NCBI GenBank assembly: GCA_964611985.1
Contig: CAZTBM010000008.1
Location: forward strand, 3,008-67,007
Source of the DNA: an uncultured Desulfurococcales archaeon
GTDB lineage: Archaea > Thermoproteota > Thermoprotei_A > CAZTBM01 > SZUA-1508
Reading direction: 5' to 3'
Length of the DNA stretch: 64,000 nt
Made by a program: the position numbers and the translations under genes. Below are positions 19,067 through 28,599 of this stretch, piece by piece; the stretch's first letter is position 1, and every line of letters starts with the position of its first letter. The notes beneath the pieces were generated by a model that was given only the letters and a program-made list of their open reading frames with translations, did not search any database and was not told where the DNA came from.

Positions 19067-20416
19067 CTATATTTCTAATTTAAGTTTGAATTCTTTGATT
19101 TTTTCACCAAGCTTATGTCTCCAACGTAGATAGTCTCGTGGAGTTTGCGGATACCTAGCGTACATTTCACCAATTACACCAATGTAGTCTTTTACTATCT
19201 TCAGCTTCTTTAAGAGTGATGGCCTCGTTACAAGCTTTAATGCTATTGATACTCTATTAAGTATGCTCATTTTTAATTCTCCAGTAAATCCCATATCTGA
19301 TATTTCATCTCCTGTTATTACTTCCTTGTCGAATATGAATTGCAAGTCATCATCGTCGAGTTTTTGTAGAAATATTCTAAGAATGTCAAGCTTTGCTTGT
19401 TTCGTACCATAAAGATTAATGTAGCTTTGTGGGTACTCCCAGAGATTCTCTATTGATGGATTGTCACGCTCCAGAGCCTCCTCTATGGCATCTGCTGCGC
19501 CTTTAGCACTTATAAGTGATGGACCTATACCTCCACCATGTATTGGATTAGCTGTGTATGCTGCGTCACCTATTGCTACAAAACCATTCCATACAGGGCA
19601 TTCTAAAAATCTCCTTGTGGGAACTAAGCCTCCTCCACCATGTATTAATTTTGAATTTTTGAATATCTCTCTTGTTAGGATAAATTTCTCATATTGTTGT
19701 CTTGGGTTAACATTACTAATACTCCACTGTAAACCTAGACCAACATTAATTTTATTCTTAGTTTTAGGGAAGAACCACCAGTATCCTCCTGGAGCTATCT
19801 TCTTTGATAAGTATATACTAGCATAACGTGTGTCAACATCTACTGGTATCTTCCTTATTTCTCTATAGGTTATGTTATAATCCTCTTTAGATGCTCTTTC
19901 AGAAACCCACCACTCTGTTGGGAGCCTACTTCGTAAAGCTGGTACAGCGCCAGAAGCATCCACAATAACCTTTCCATGGATCTCTCTTACACTAAAAGTT
20001 CCCTTGGGTCTAGCTTTCACACCGATAACGTATTCGTCTTTTATGATTGGCTCGAGTGCAAGATGGTTATCATATAAGTCTACTCCTTTATCTAAAGCCA
20101 TTTTAAGTAGTCTTTGCCCAAACCAGTATCTATTAATAGCGAATCCTTCACCTCTTACAAGGATGCTTCTATCCTCTTTTGGTGAGTATATAATTATGCC
20201 CTTGAATACTCCTTCAAGCTCCTTACCACTAGGGTAGCTTAATCCTAAATTATCAAAATGATGCTTACCTATGGCATCACCACACACTTTATTGCCGATT
20301 TCTTCTTTGTCTTTGACCTCAACTAATGCGACATTAAATCCCTTACTTGCAAGCAAGTAGGCATTGTAGCATCCCGCTGTTCCAGCACCAACAATGACCA
20401 CGTCGTACTTTTGCAT
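19067..20416 (-). CDS. geranylgeranyl reductase family (digeranylgeranylglycerophospholipid reductase)
   Basis: YDVVIVGAGTAG, KVCGDA, PGGYWWFFP (PxxYxWxFP), IGDAA..ANPIHGGGI. Confidence 0.9.
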   Translation of the reverse strand: MQKYDVVIVGAGTAGCYNAYLLASKGFNVALVEVKDKEEIGNKVCGDAIGKHHFDNLGLSYPSGKELEGVFKGIIIYSPKEDRSILVRGEGFAINRYWFGQRLLKMALDKGVDLYDNHLALEPIIKDEYVIGVKARPKGTFSVREIHGKVIVDASGAVPALRSRLPTEWWVSERASKEDYNITYREIRKIPVDVDTRYASIYLSKKIAPGGYWWFFPKTKNKINVGLGLQWSISNVNPRQQYEKFILTREIFKNSKLIHGGGGLVPTRRFLECPVWNGFVAIGDAAYTANPIHGGGIGPSLISAKGAADAIEEALERDNPSIENLWEYPQSYINLYGTKQAKLDILRIFLQKLDDDDLQFIFDKEVITGDEISDMGFTGELKMSILNRVSIALKLVTRPSLLKKLKIVKDYIGVIGEMYARYPQTPRDYLRWRHKLGEKIKEFKLKLEI

Positions 20417-21558
20417 TATATATCACCACTCCTGTGAATTATGTCATGAAGTTTAGAAACCATTTTCAATCCTGTCCCAGTTAAAGGAAGTAATACTTTT
20501 TCTCCCTTATCTATGATGCTCTCACTCAAAGCCTTTTTAAAAGCCGCTAACACCGTAGCCGAGGAAGGTTCAACAAGGAATCCCATTTTTGCAAGAGTCT
20601 TTAACGAATCAATTATCTCATTATCGGATACAATAATGACGTCACCGTGTGTCTCCTTTATAGCCTTAACTATCTCTTTTAAACGTGGCGGATTAGATAC
20701 CCTAAGAGCGTCTGCAAGACGGGTTACTCCATTTTTAGGCTCTTTACCATGAAATACATTGTATACCGGAGTATAACCTTCAGCCTGAACTCCTATTAGC
20801 CTAGGTACGCTTTTAATGAGGCCTGAAGAGAAAAGCTCCATGAATCCTTTATAGAATCCTAAAAGTAAGGAACCACTAGCTACAGGGATGAAAATGATAT
20901 CAGGAGGTTCCCATTCCAGTTGCTCGCAAGTTTCATAAGCTATAGTTTTAGTTCCTTCAATAAAGAATGGGTTCCATGTGTGCCCGATATAATAATCTTC
21001 GTTAGTAAGCTCCTTTAAAACTCTCTTTGAGGCATCATTCCTCGTACCGGAGAGTATAACTTTTGCACCGAAAAGCTCTAACATAATCTTTTTAGCCGTA
21101 GGTATATCGCTTGGAACATATACTCTAACTCTTAATCCTGCCGCAGTCCCATAAGCTGCGACAGATAGCCCTGTATTTCCTGATGAATCCTCAACAATCG
21201 ATTTAACGTTCAAACTTAAGGCTTTCGAGACGGCAACTGTGGACCCTCTATCCTTAAAGCTACCGGTAGGGTTTAGATACTCAAGTTTGAAGAGAACCTT
21301 AGTATCGAAGATAGTTTTTTCAATTATAGGTGTCCAGCCCTCACCTAGACTTATGGCATATCTATAATCAACTGGTATTACATCCCTATATCTCCACACA
21401 TTAAAACCCTTATTATGAAATGTCTCTTTAGTCAAAAATGATGTATCAATAGATATAGTGAGGGGGCTTTTACACTGAGAACATGACCAACCACGATATT
21501 CTAAGGGGTATCCTTTACCACACTTGGAGCAGTAAAGTGTGACCTTAGGGGGTAGCAT
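20416..21558 (-). CDS. second threonine synthase-like PLP enzyme
   Basis: CSKC/CSQC Zn ribbon, SLGEGWTP, NPTGSFKDRG, EDSSGNTG, EPSSA. Confidence 0.85.
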   Translation of the reverse strand: MLPPKVTLYCSKCGKGYPLEYRGWSCSQCKSPLTISIDTSFLTKETFHNKGFNVWRYRDVIPVDYRYAISLGEGWTPIIEKTIFDTKVLFKLEYLNPTGSFKDRGSTVAVSKALSLNVKSIVEDSSGNTGLSVAAYGTAAGLRVRVYVPSDIPTAKKIMLELFGAKVILSGTRNDASKRVLKELTNEDYYIGHTWNPFFIEGTKTIAYETCEQLEWEPPDIIFIPVASGSLLLGFYKGFMELFSSGLIKSVPRLIGVQAEGYTPVYNVFHGKEPKNGVTRLADALRVSNPPRLKEIVKAIKETHGDVIIVSDNEIIDSLKTLAKMGFLVEPSSATVLAAFKKALSESIIDKGEKVLLPLTGTGLKMVSKLHDIIHRSGDI

Positions 21559-21640
21559 AATATCGAACCCTCCTTCTGAAAAATAGATAATGATGATTTA
21601 ATTAATAGTATAGTTTTTAGCATTATGTGGCCATGCTATA

Positions 21641-21973
21641 TCATTTCTCTAATTCCTCTTTTATTCTACTAATTACCTGTTCTTTAGCCTTAGATACATC
21701 TGGTTTTAATTTCTCATTTAAGGGGAACTCCCAAAGTACAGGTTTAATTGCTCCATCATCAAACTCAGCAAATATTTGAGGTACACTAGCAAAACCAAAT
21801 TCATCCTTCACCCCATGTTCTGATAGATAGACGTAATCCTCTAATTTTATCTCTAACTCTACACCTAATTCACTAGCTACTTCCTTTGCTACCCTTTCAG
21901 CTTTTGCATGTAGTGGATGAAATGTTCCTGAAACTAATACTATCTTTTTAAGCTTTTTAGCCAAGTCATCCAC
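21641..21973 (-). CDS. conserved hypothetical protein, possibly thioredoxin-like without CxxC
   Basis: Only sizeable ORF in the gap; VPQIF (cis-Pro-like) motif; GGTGGA RBS. Confidence 0.6.
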   Translation of the reverse strand: MDDLAKKLKKIVLVSGTFHPLHAKAERVAKEVASELGVELEIKLEDYVYLSEHGVKDEFGFASVPQIFAEFDDGAIKPVLWEFPLNEKLKPDVSKAKEQVISRIKEELEK

Positions 21974-22104
21974 CCTTAATGTAGTATACCTTAACCTTAA
22001 GAGGGTGGATCAAGTAAATAAAATTAATCCTTCAATAACATAATGGAATGTTATAACGAAAACTTAATACTTTAGCTCTCATAGAATATAATGGGCAATA
22101 GTAT

Positions 22105-22605
22105 ATGTCATCTTCTAAGTCTTTTAGGTTATTTACAGTAAAAGACGAGGATATTGAGAGTATACTCAATATGAAGCTAAGGGATATAGTCAGTGAACTC
22201 GGGGAACCATTAGTAATAGAGGAAGACATGCCAGTAGACATATTCATAGACTCCATTAAGAGAGGTCAAAAAGAGTGTGCGGTAGTAATAGGTAAGGATA
22301 ATAAGGTTAGAGGTATAGTGACATTATTTGACTTGCTTAAAATATTAGAGTTTAAAGAACCAAAACATATACCACTCTATAGGCTAATGTCTCTCCCATT
22401 AAGGAGAATGAAAGGTAAAATAATGGTTAGCGACATTATGACAAGGCATCCAATAATTCTTGAAGGAGGGAATACAGTTAGAGATGCTGTAGATTTAATG
22501 ATCAGACTAAAAATATCGCACATCATAGTCATGGAGGGTAATAGAATACTGGGTATTATAAGTAAACGTTATATACTTCATAAAATATTCGGCTTAGAGG
22601 GCTAA
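22105..22605 (+). CDS. CBS domain pair protein
   Basis: GIVTLFDLL, VSDIMTRHP and GIISKRYI CBS repeats. Confidence 0.85.
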   Translation: MSSSKSFRLFTVKDEDIESILNMKLRDIVSELGEPLVIEEDMPVDIFIDSIKRGQKECAVVIGKDNKVRGIVTLFDLLKILEFKEPKHIPLYRLMSLPLRRMKGKIMVSDIMTRHPIILEGGNTVRDAVDLMIRLKISHIIVMEGNRILGIISKRYILHKIFGLEG

Positions 22606-22723
22606 CTCTAATACATACTTAACCTACATTGTAATAACATAGTTAAACTATTTAAACTACATGTAGATCAATAAATTATTGAAGCGGTAAAAACGCATAT
22701 AATGATACTGAGGTTACATAGAG

Positions 22724-23311
22724 ATGTACGAGTACACAACCAGGGAAGTATACAGGTCCCTAATACACAGTATATCAAATGCAGGAAGGTTACTTCAAAT
22801 AATATACGTTCCACTTCTATCAATGCCAGTAAGTGTACCATGGGTTCCAACTTCAAGGAGAGCTTTAGATGAACTATTCAACTTTATTACATTTAAATCA
22901 ACTGATATATTTTATGATTTAGGTTGTGGTGACGGAAGAGTAGTTATAGAGGCTGCTAAGAGATTCGGTATAAAAGCTATTGGTATAGAGGCTAGATTGG
23001 ACCTTGTGGAAATGGCTAGAAAGAAAGCTTTACGAGAAGGAGTATCAGATAAAGTAGAAATAATATATGGAGATTTCTTTAAAATACCATTATACAATGC
23101 CACAATAGTCTATGCGTATCTATTGACATCAGTTAATAAACTGTTAAGACCTAAACTAGAATCTGAATTAAGACCCGGAGCAAGAGTTGTAACTTTAGAC
23201 TTTGAAATACCAGGGTGGAAACCTGTGGCAGTAAGAAAGTTTCGTGATAGGATTGATAGAAAACTATTTTTGTATATAATTGGGGTCTCTGATAAGGCTT
23301 ACGTTGTATAA
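22724..23311 (+). CDS. class I SAM-dependent methyltransferase
   Basis: PWVPT, FYDLGCGDGRV, GDFF, PGARVV; true start may be ATG 22823. Confidence 0.85.
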   Translation: MYEYTTREVYRSLIHSISNAGRLLQIIYVPLLSMPVSVPWVPTSRRALDELFNFITFKSTDIFYDLGCGDGRVVIEAAKRFGIKAIGIEARLDLVEMARKKALREGVSDKVEIIYGDFFKIPLYNATIVYAYLLTSVNKLLRPKLESELRPGARVVTLDFEIPGWKPVAVRKFRDRIDRKLFLYIIGVSDKAYVV

Positions 23312-23616
23312 TTTACATCCTTACTCTCAACTTTTCTAATGACTGGTGCTGCCATAACGCTACCTAATTCTTGCTCTAACCTCTTACGTCTATGGATACT
23401 CCAATTAATAAATATGCTTCTACTAACTTCTAGGATAAATGCATAATAGAATGACTTGTCAACTTGATCCAGATCCTCCATATTAGCGTCCATGAGTGTA
23501 AAGTCTATGTAATCCTTGACCATTAATACTATTTCCTTTAATATTTTCAATTGATCATAAACGAATTCTCTAAGTTCTTCACGTAGTTTAGGATCCAGAC
23601 TCAAATCCGTCTTCAC
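23299..23616 (-). CDS. hypothetical protein
   Basis: 105-codon ORF filling the gap; no recognised motif. Confidence 0.55.
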   Translation of the reverse strand: MKTDLSLDPKLREELREFVYDQLKILKEIVLMVKDYIDFTLMDANMEDLDQVDKSFYYAFILEVSRSIFINWSIHRRKRLEQELGSVMAAPVIRKVESKDVNYTT

Positions 23617-23905
23617 CCAAACACTGATAACACTTAGTTTATGTCATCGCTAATGCTATGGCTAAGTAGCACTACAGTACAGTGATAAAAAGTACATAAT
23701 AACTTATTTTAACTTAATTTTCTTAAGTCTGGGGGTAAGAGTTTTTCAAAAGTAGCCCATAAGAGGTAAAGGAATACTGTATATAAATAATTATAAAAGT
23801 GATAGAGGATTAATGTTGCACATTTGGGTCTTCTAACTCATATACATGATAGTAAACCATTTAGAGGTTATAGTGACAGTATAAACATAAATACCTTATA
23901 AGATG

Positions 23906-24439
23906 TTAACACTGTTTTTCAAGTAGTAACTCTAAATAAGATTTAAGTATACTTGGACCCTTTACTCTAAGTTCTTTAGCTACCTTTTTTAATTTGTTGA
24001 TCACCTCTTGTAAATATTGTTGACTAACAGGTTTGATGTATTCTATTTCAACAAATATGCCTAGATCTCTCACTTTGTCTATGGATACTTTGAAGTCGCC
24101 AAGTAAGTAGATGCTTCTCTTTTTAATCACTGTTGCGATTCGTCTAAATCCTAATCTTATAAGTATCATATCTAACTTTTCAAAATGTGAAACATCTACT
24201 GAGATTTCTTCTCTAGCCTTTGCCTTATCTGAAACTCTAGGACCCTTATATGTTAGCTCACATTTGCTATCATATACTCTTACTCTCAAGGCTTCATCTG
24301 ATTCCTTAAAGTTTTTACAGGGATGCTGATAATAGTGATCATATTCAATGACGGTCTTTAAGTACTTGGCACCTAAGGCATTAAGTCTCTTCTTTATTTT
24401 AGCGTCATCATCTACTTTGAATTTAACCTCTACTTCCAC
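23906..24439 (-). CDS. cyaB: CYTH domain protein (class IV adenylate cyclase, CyaB-like)
   Basis: EVEVKF (ExExK), DHYY, LRVR, LTYKGP, AREEI, KKR, FVEIE, SYLELL. Confidence 0.88.
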   Translation of the reverse strand: MEVEVKFKVDDDAKIKKRLNALGAKYLKTVIEYDHYYQHPCKNFKESDEALRVRVYDSKCELTYKGPRVSDKAKAREEISVDVSHFEKLDMILIRLGFRRIATVIKKRSIYLLGDFKVSIDKVRDLGIFVEIEYIKPVSQQYLQEVINKLKKVAKELRVKGPSILKSYLELLLEKQC

Positions 24440-24456
24440 GAAGAAAAATACACCTC

Positions 24457-25713
24457 TTAAGGGGTTAATATATCAGGTGTTCTGGGATATAGTGCGGCTT
24501 CATGTATTTTCTCTAACTTGAGCAGTGTCTGCATTAACCTCTCTACTCCTAGACCGAATCCACCATGCGGTGGGAAGCCGTACCTAAACATGTCCAAATA
24601 CCAATCGAAGGATGCTGGGTTTAGTCCTTTATCTCTCATTCTTTTCTCTAACTTTACTGGATCATGTTCTCTTAGTCCACCACTTGACCATTCAACACCA
24701 TATTCTCCAGGACCATAGAAGTCTATTCTATGTGCTAGTCTAGGATCCTCGTCCATGACCTTATAGTAGAAAGCTACCTCTTTTTCAGGGAACTCTGTAA
24801 CGAAGAAGGGTGCGTCAAATTCCATACACAACGCTCTTTCTTCATCAGCTCCAAAGTCCATACCCCATTCTATACTGACCCCTTTATTTTTAAGTATCAT
24901 TATAGCTTCATCATAGTGTATTTTATGATAGTAATCTGGAACTTCAACTTTTACGCCAAGGGTATTCAAATCTTCAGCATTATTTTCATTTACTTTTTCG
25001 TAAATGTATTTTACAAGTCCAAATTGTAATTGCATTAGCCTATCTTTTGTTGTTAATGCCTCCTCTACATCTATCTGCCAGAATTCTGTTAAGTGCTTCC
25101 TTGTTCGAGACTTTTCAGCTCTAAACGATGGGCCTATAGTAAAGACTTTACCAAAAGCTGGTATTGCTGATTGCTTATAGAGCTGTCCACTTTGTGCCAA
25201 GTATGCTGTTCTATTGAAATATTTTACTTGGAATAGTTCTGCCCCACCCTCACTAGCACTACCTATAATTATTGGTAATTGTAATTCAACAAATCCTCTT
25301 TTAACTAGAAATTCTCTAGCTGTCTGAACGACTGTTGCTCTTACTCTAAATATAGCTTTTACCTTAGGTCTTCTTATATCAAGGTATCTAAATCGTATTC
25401 TTGTTGGGAATTCAGCTATAACTTTCTCAGATAAATCTATGGGTAAAGGCTTTGATGTCGCTATTATATCGATTTCCTCAGGTATAATTTCGTATCCCAG
25501 TTTAGCTATTTTACTTTGAACCTTTGTACCCCTAACTTTGATGAAGTATTCAGGTCCTAAACTAGTGAATACTTCCCATACTCTATCAGGGACTTTACCT
25601 TTCTTAATAACTACTTGTTCAATGCCAGTGAAGGTTCTTAAGATAATGAATCTAACTTTCCCTAAATCCCTCAAGAACATTATATGACCATATACTTCTA
25701 TTTCACTCTCCAT
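24457..25713 (-). CDS. class IIb Asp/Asn-tRNA ligase with mosaic AspRS/AsnRS signatures
   Basis: OB-fold anticodon domain, motif 2 FRAEKSRTRKHLTEF, motif 3 PPHGGFGLGVER; specificity residues discussed under findings. Confidence 0.9.
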   Translation of the reverse strand: MESEIEVYGHIMFLRDLGKVRFIILRTFTGIEQVVIKKGKVPDRVWEVFTSLGPEYFIKVRGTKVQSKIAKLGYEIIPEEIDIIATSKPLPIDLSEKVIAEFPTRIRFRYLDIRRPKVKAIFRVRATVVQTAREFLVKRGFVELQLPIIIGSASEGGAELFQVKYFNRTAYLAQSGQLYKQSAIPAFGKVFTIGPSFRAEKSRTRKHLTEFWQIDVEEALTTKDRLMQLQFGLVKYIYEKVNENNAEDLNTLGVKVEVPDYYHKIHYDEAIMILKNKGVSIEWGMDFGADEERALCMEFDAPFFVTEFPEKEVAFYYKVMDEDPRLAHRIDFYGPGEYGVEWSSGGLREHDPVKLEKRMRDKGLNPASFDWYLDMFRYGFPPHGGFGLGVERLMQTLLKLEKIHEAALYPRTPDILTP

Positions 25714-25762
25714 GTTTTTTCAACCTAGCTTTACTCTATGCTGAATAGTTTTTACCATAGAA

Positions 25763-25777
25763 TTTAAATACCTTTTC
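25763..25777 (-). promoter_or_regulatory. BRE/TATA promoter for the Asp/Asn-tRNA ligase gene
   Basis: Minus-strand GAAAAGG-TATTTAAA about 50 nt before ATG 25713; the TATA could also serve the divergent gene. Confidence 0.45.
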
Positions 25778-25838
25778 TAGTCTTCTACACAGGAGACCCA
25801 CAAAGACCAACTGTAACTTAAGTATTGTGGTGGAAGAT

Positions 25839-26351
25839 ATGTCAATAATAGGTATTATGTCAGATACTCATGACAATATACCCTTGACAGAGAGAGCTAT
25901 TGAAAAACTAAATGAAATGAATGTTGATTTAGTTGTTCATTGTGGCGACATAATATCTCCTTTCATCATGAAGAGGCTTAGTAAGTTAAAGTCAAAATTA
26001 ATAGCTGTATATGGCAATAACGATGGTGACAAGGATTTACTAAAAGACATAGCGTTAAATTACGGATTTGAACTACATAATCCGCCATATCCACTTACAA
26101 TAAATGGAAAGAGAATACTTATACTTCATGGTTTTGGCTCTAAAGAAGAGACGAAAAGAATAGTGCACTCTATTGCAAAATCACGTGAATATGATATCAT
26201 CCTTTATGGCCACACTCATGAAAGGGAATACAAAGTAATAAATGATGTAGTAGTTTTAAATCCAGGAGAGGTCTTTGGATACCTTAGTGGTACATCCACT
26301 ATTGCAATACTAGATCTAGTTAGCTTAAAGGCAACATTCATACAACTATAA
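25839..26351 (+). CDS. MJ0936/YfcE-family metallophosphoesterase
   Basis: SDTHDN, HCGD, GNND, LHG, GHTH, NPGE. Confidence 0.92.
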   Translation: MSIIGIMSDTHDNIPLTERAIEKLNEMNVDLVVHCGDIISPFIMKRLSKLKSKLIAVYGNNDGDKDLLKDIALNYGFELHNPPYPLTINGKRILILHGFGSKEETKRIVHSIAKSREYDIILYGHTHEREYKVINDVVVLNPGEVFGYLSGTSTIAILDLVSLKATFIQL

Positions 26352-26779
26352 CATAAACCTAACATTACAAAAACTTTAGAGAGAAAGATTAACACTAATT
26401 AAACTGATTTAAATTAAGAAGAGGGGATTAGATAGCTTACTTAGCTATCAACATTTATTATGGGTCTTAATTCCTTTAAGTAATAGTAGTATACAATGTC
26501 AAGTACAGGTTTACCTGCAAGCCTACTATATATTTCATTAATTATGCTGGAATAGCAATCCTCCATACTTTATTACCCTTAGGTATACTTAGGTTACGAC
26601 GTAGTATTTTAGAGGGTAAATACTAAATAAACTGTACTATAAAGGACCATAGATACTATTATAACTGTGATAGAGGAGTATTATGGAAAAACCGAAAATT
26701 GTTCACTATCTATTATTGTAGTAGCAAATTTATATATCAACCGTACTATATGTCTGCCGGGCAGGTGTTTACTGCGACC

Positions 26780-27589
26780 ATGAGGGTAACTCTTGATGAT
26801 TTAAAATTAAATTGGGGAGAAGTAACTGGGACAATAAAAAACTTCATAATTAATATTGTTAAGAAGAGTGGTGCTGGAGGAGTTGTCGTAGGATTAAGTG
26901 GTGGGATAGATTCGTCAGTAACGGTAACCTTATGTGTTAAAGCTTTAGGTCCAGAGAGGGTTTATGGGTTAATAATGCCTGACACAACAATAACTCCAGA
27001 AGCCGATGTGGAAGATGCACTAGAACTCGCTAGATCACTAAATATAAGACATGACCTAATAGATATCCACTTGATATACAAGGCGTATTCTGAGAATATC
27101 CCAGTTTATAGTGAGAATGCAACAATAGCTAATGGTAATCTTAGAGCTAGAATAAGAATGAGTCTACTATACTACTATGCTAACAGGTTTAACTATCTAG
27201 TAGCAGGTACTGGTGATAGAAGTGAGATATTGATAGGATACTTTACTAAGTATGGCGATGGAGGTGTAGACTTCTTACCAATAGGCTGTTTATATAAGAC
27301 TCAAGTCAGAATGCTAGGAGCTTACTTAGGCTTACCCGAACGTATAGTTCATAAACCTAGTAGCCCACGATTATGGAGAGGTCACGAAGCGGAAAAAGAG
27401 TTAGGTATGAAATATGAAGATATTGACTTAGTTCTCTATAGCATTTTTGACTTAGGAATAAAACCAGAGGATGTTCCTAAAGTAACAGGAGTTAGTCGTG
27501 ATATTGTAGAGAGAATTTTAGGAAGGCACAAGAACAGTGAACATAAAAGAAAAACTCCACCAATACCGCAAATACCTAAAACCCGTTAA
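26780..27589 (+). CDS. nadE: NH3-dependent NAD+ synthetase
   Basis: VVGLSGGIDS, GNLRARIRM, GTGDRSE..GYFTKYGDG, PSSPRLW; start uncertain (ORF track 26699). Confidence 0.95.
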   Translation: MRVTLDDLKLNWGEVTGTIKNFIINIVKKSGAGGVVVGLSGGIDSSVTVTLCVKALGPERVYGLIMPDTTITPEADVEDALELARSLNIRHDLIDIHLIYKAYSENIPVYSENATIANGNLRARIRMSLLYYYANRFNYLVAGTGDRSEILIGYFTKYGDGGVDFLPIGCLYKTQVRMLGAYLGLPERIVHKPSSPRLWRGHEAEKELGMKYEDIDLVLYSIFDLGIKPEDVPKVTGVSRDIVERILGRHKNSEHKRKTPPIPQIPKTR

Positions 27590-27603
27590 TAATTAGCTAT
27601 TTT

Positions 27604-28104
27604 TCATTTCCACCTTTTTAACCTTCTGAAGAGATACTGGTAAAATTGCTCTATAAATTCCTCTTGCTCCACAGTTAAAGAGAGGTTACAATGGGTTTTT
27701 CTTACTTCATTGTAGGCTTCAAGGGGTTCACAGTGGTACTTGTACATCAAGTAACATATGGCTATCATACCTGACCTTCCAATGCCTCCTCTACAATGTA
27801 CTATAACAGGCTTATTTTCATTAATTTTCTTATCAATCCATGCTACAATGTCTAAACACTGGTCTAGTGTTGGTACGTGAAAGTCGACTATAGGGGAATG
27901 GTAATACTCGAATCCCATACTCTCTAATGTGGTTAAATAGCTTCTAAAGGATCCCCAGTATAACCCTACTTCATGAGGTTCTACTAGTATAACTACTGCT
28001 CTAATACCTTTCTTTAACCATATTTCTAGATCCATAATACTAAGTGGGATATGTGATACAGCAAGCTTGCCCTTAATAATCCATCGTATACCCATTAAGA
28101 CCAC
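27604..28104 (-). CDS. dual-specificity/protein-tyrosine phosphatase
   Basis: PIVDFHVP acid loop and VHCRGGIGRS (CX5R). Confidence 0.9.
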   Translation of the reverse strand: MVLMGIRWIIKGKLAVSHIPLSIMDLEIWLKKGIRAVVILVEPHEVGLYWGSFRSYLTTLESMGFEYYHSPIVDFHVPTLDQCLDIVAWIDKKINENKPVIVHCRGGIGRSGMIAICYLMYKYHCEPLEAYNEVRKTHCNLSLTVEQEEFIEQFYQYLFRRLKRWK

Positions 28105-28175
28105 GAGATAAATTACAGTTGAGATAGTCCTAAATATCGTTTACTATAAATTATTTCCTAGTAGGTGATAGGTTT

Positions 28176-28457
28176 ATGGAGGAAGTGCAGGCATATATTA
28201 GAGTATACGGTATAGTTCAAGGTGTAGGCTATAGATTCTTTACTGAAAGGCATGCTAGAAGACTTGGTTTAAAAGGATATGTAAGAAATATGCCTGATGG
28301 TAGTGTTGAAGTAGTCGTAGAAGGCCCAAAAGACAAAATAGAAACATTAATAGAATATCTAAAGCGAGGCCCATTCTTAGCTAGAGTGGAAAGAATGGAT
28401 GTAGAATACAGAAAGCCTAGTGGCAGATTTAACACTTTCACAATAAGATATTATTAG
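28176..28457 (+). CDS. acyP: acylphosphatase
   Basis: GIVQGVGYRF, GYVRNMPDGSVEV. Confidence 0.95.
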   Translation: MEEVQAYIRVYGIVQGVGYRFFTERHARRLGLKGYVRNMPDGSVEVVVEGPKDKIETLIEYLKRGPFLARVERMDVEYRKPSGRFNTFTIRYY

Positions 28458-28599
28458 ATTTAACACTTATTTTCTATCAAATAATATTATATGATTAATT
28501 TGTTTCTGGAATCACCTTTCCTTATGATAAACACAAATAGAGTGTATGGTAGTTATGTTTTTATCTCTCGCTCTCACTCTATATGGTTAGGGTGACCAT

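Noticed and set aside
21589-21640. Intergenic ATGATGA as a possible fourth C box
   Set aside because: No D', C' or CTGA D box at suitable spacing.
25714-25758. In-frame upstream ATG (MVKTIQHRVKLG-TGA-KN-M) before the Asp/Asn synthetase, suggesting UGA readthrough or selenocysteine
   Set aside because: The upstream ATG lies only about 5 nt after the TATA box, so it is probably not transcribed. GGTTGA doubles as the RBS for ATG 25713, and no SECIS-like hairpin is evident.
26352-26779. ~400-nt gap before nadE with small hairpins (GATAGCT/AGCTATC)
   Set aside because: AT-rich, with no credible ORF, no C/D boxes and no repeats; treated as ordinary intergenic DNA.
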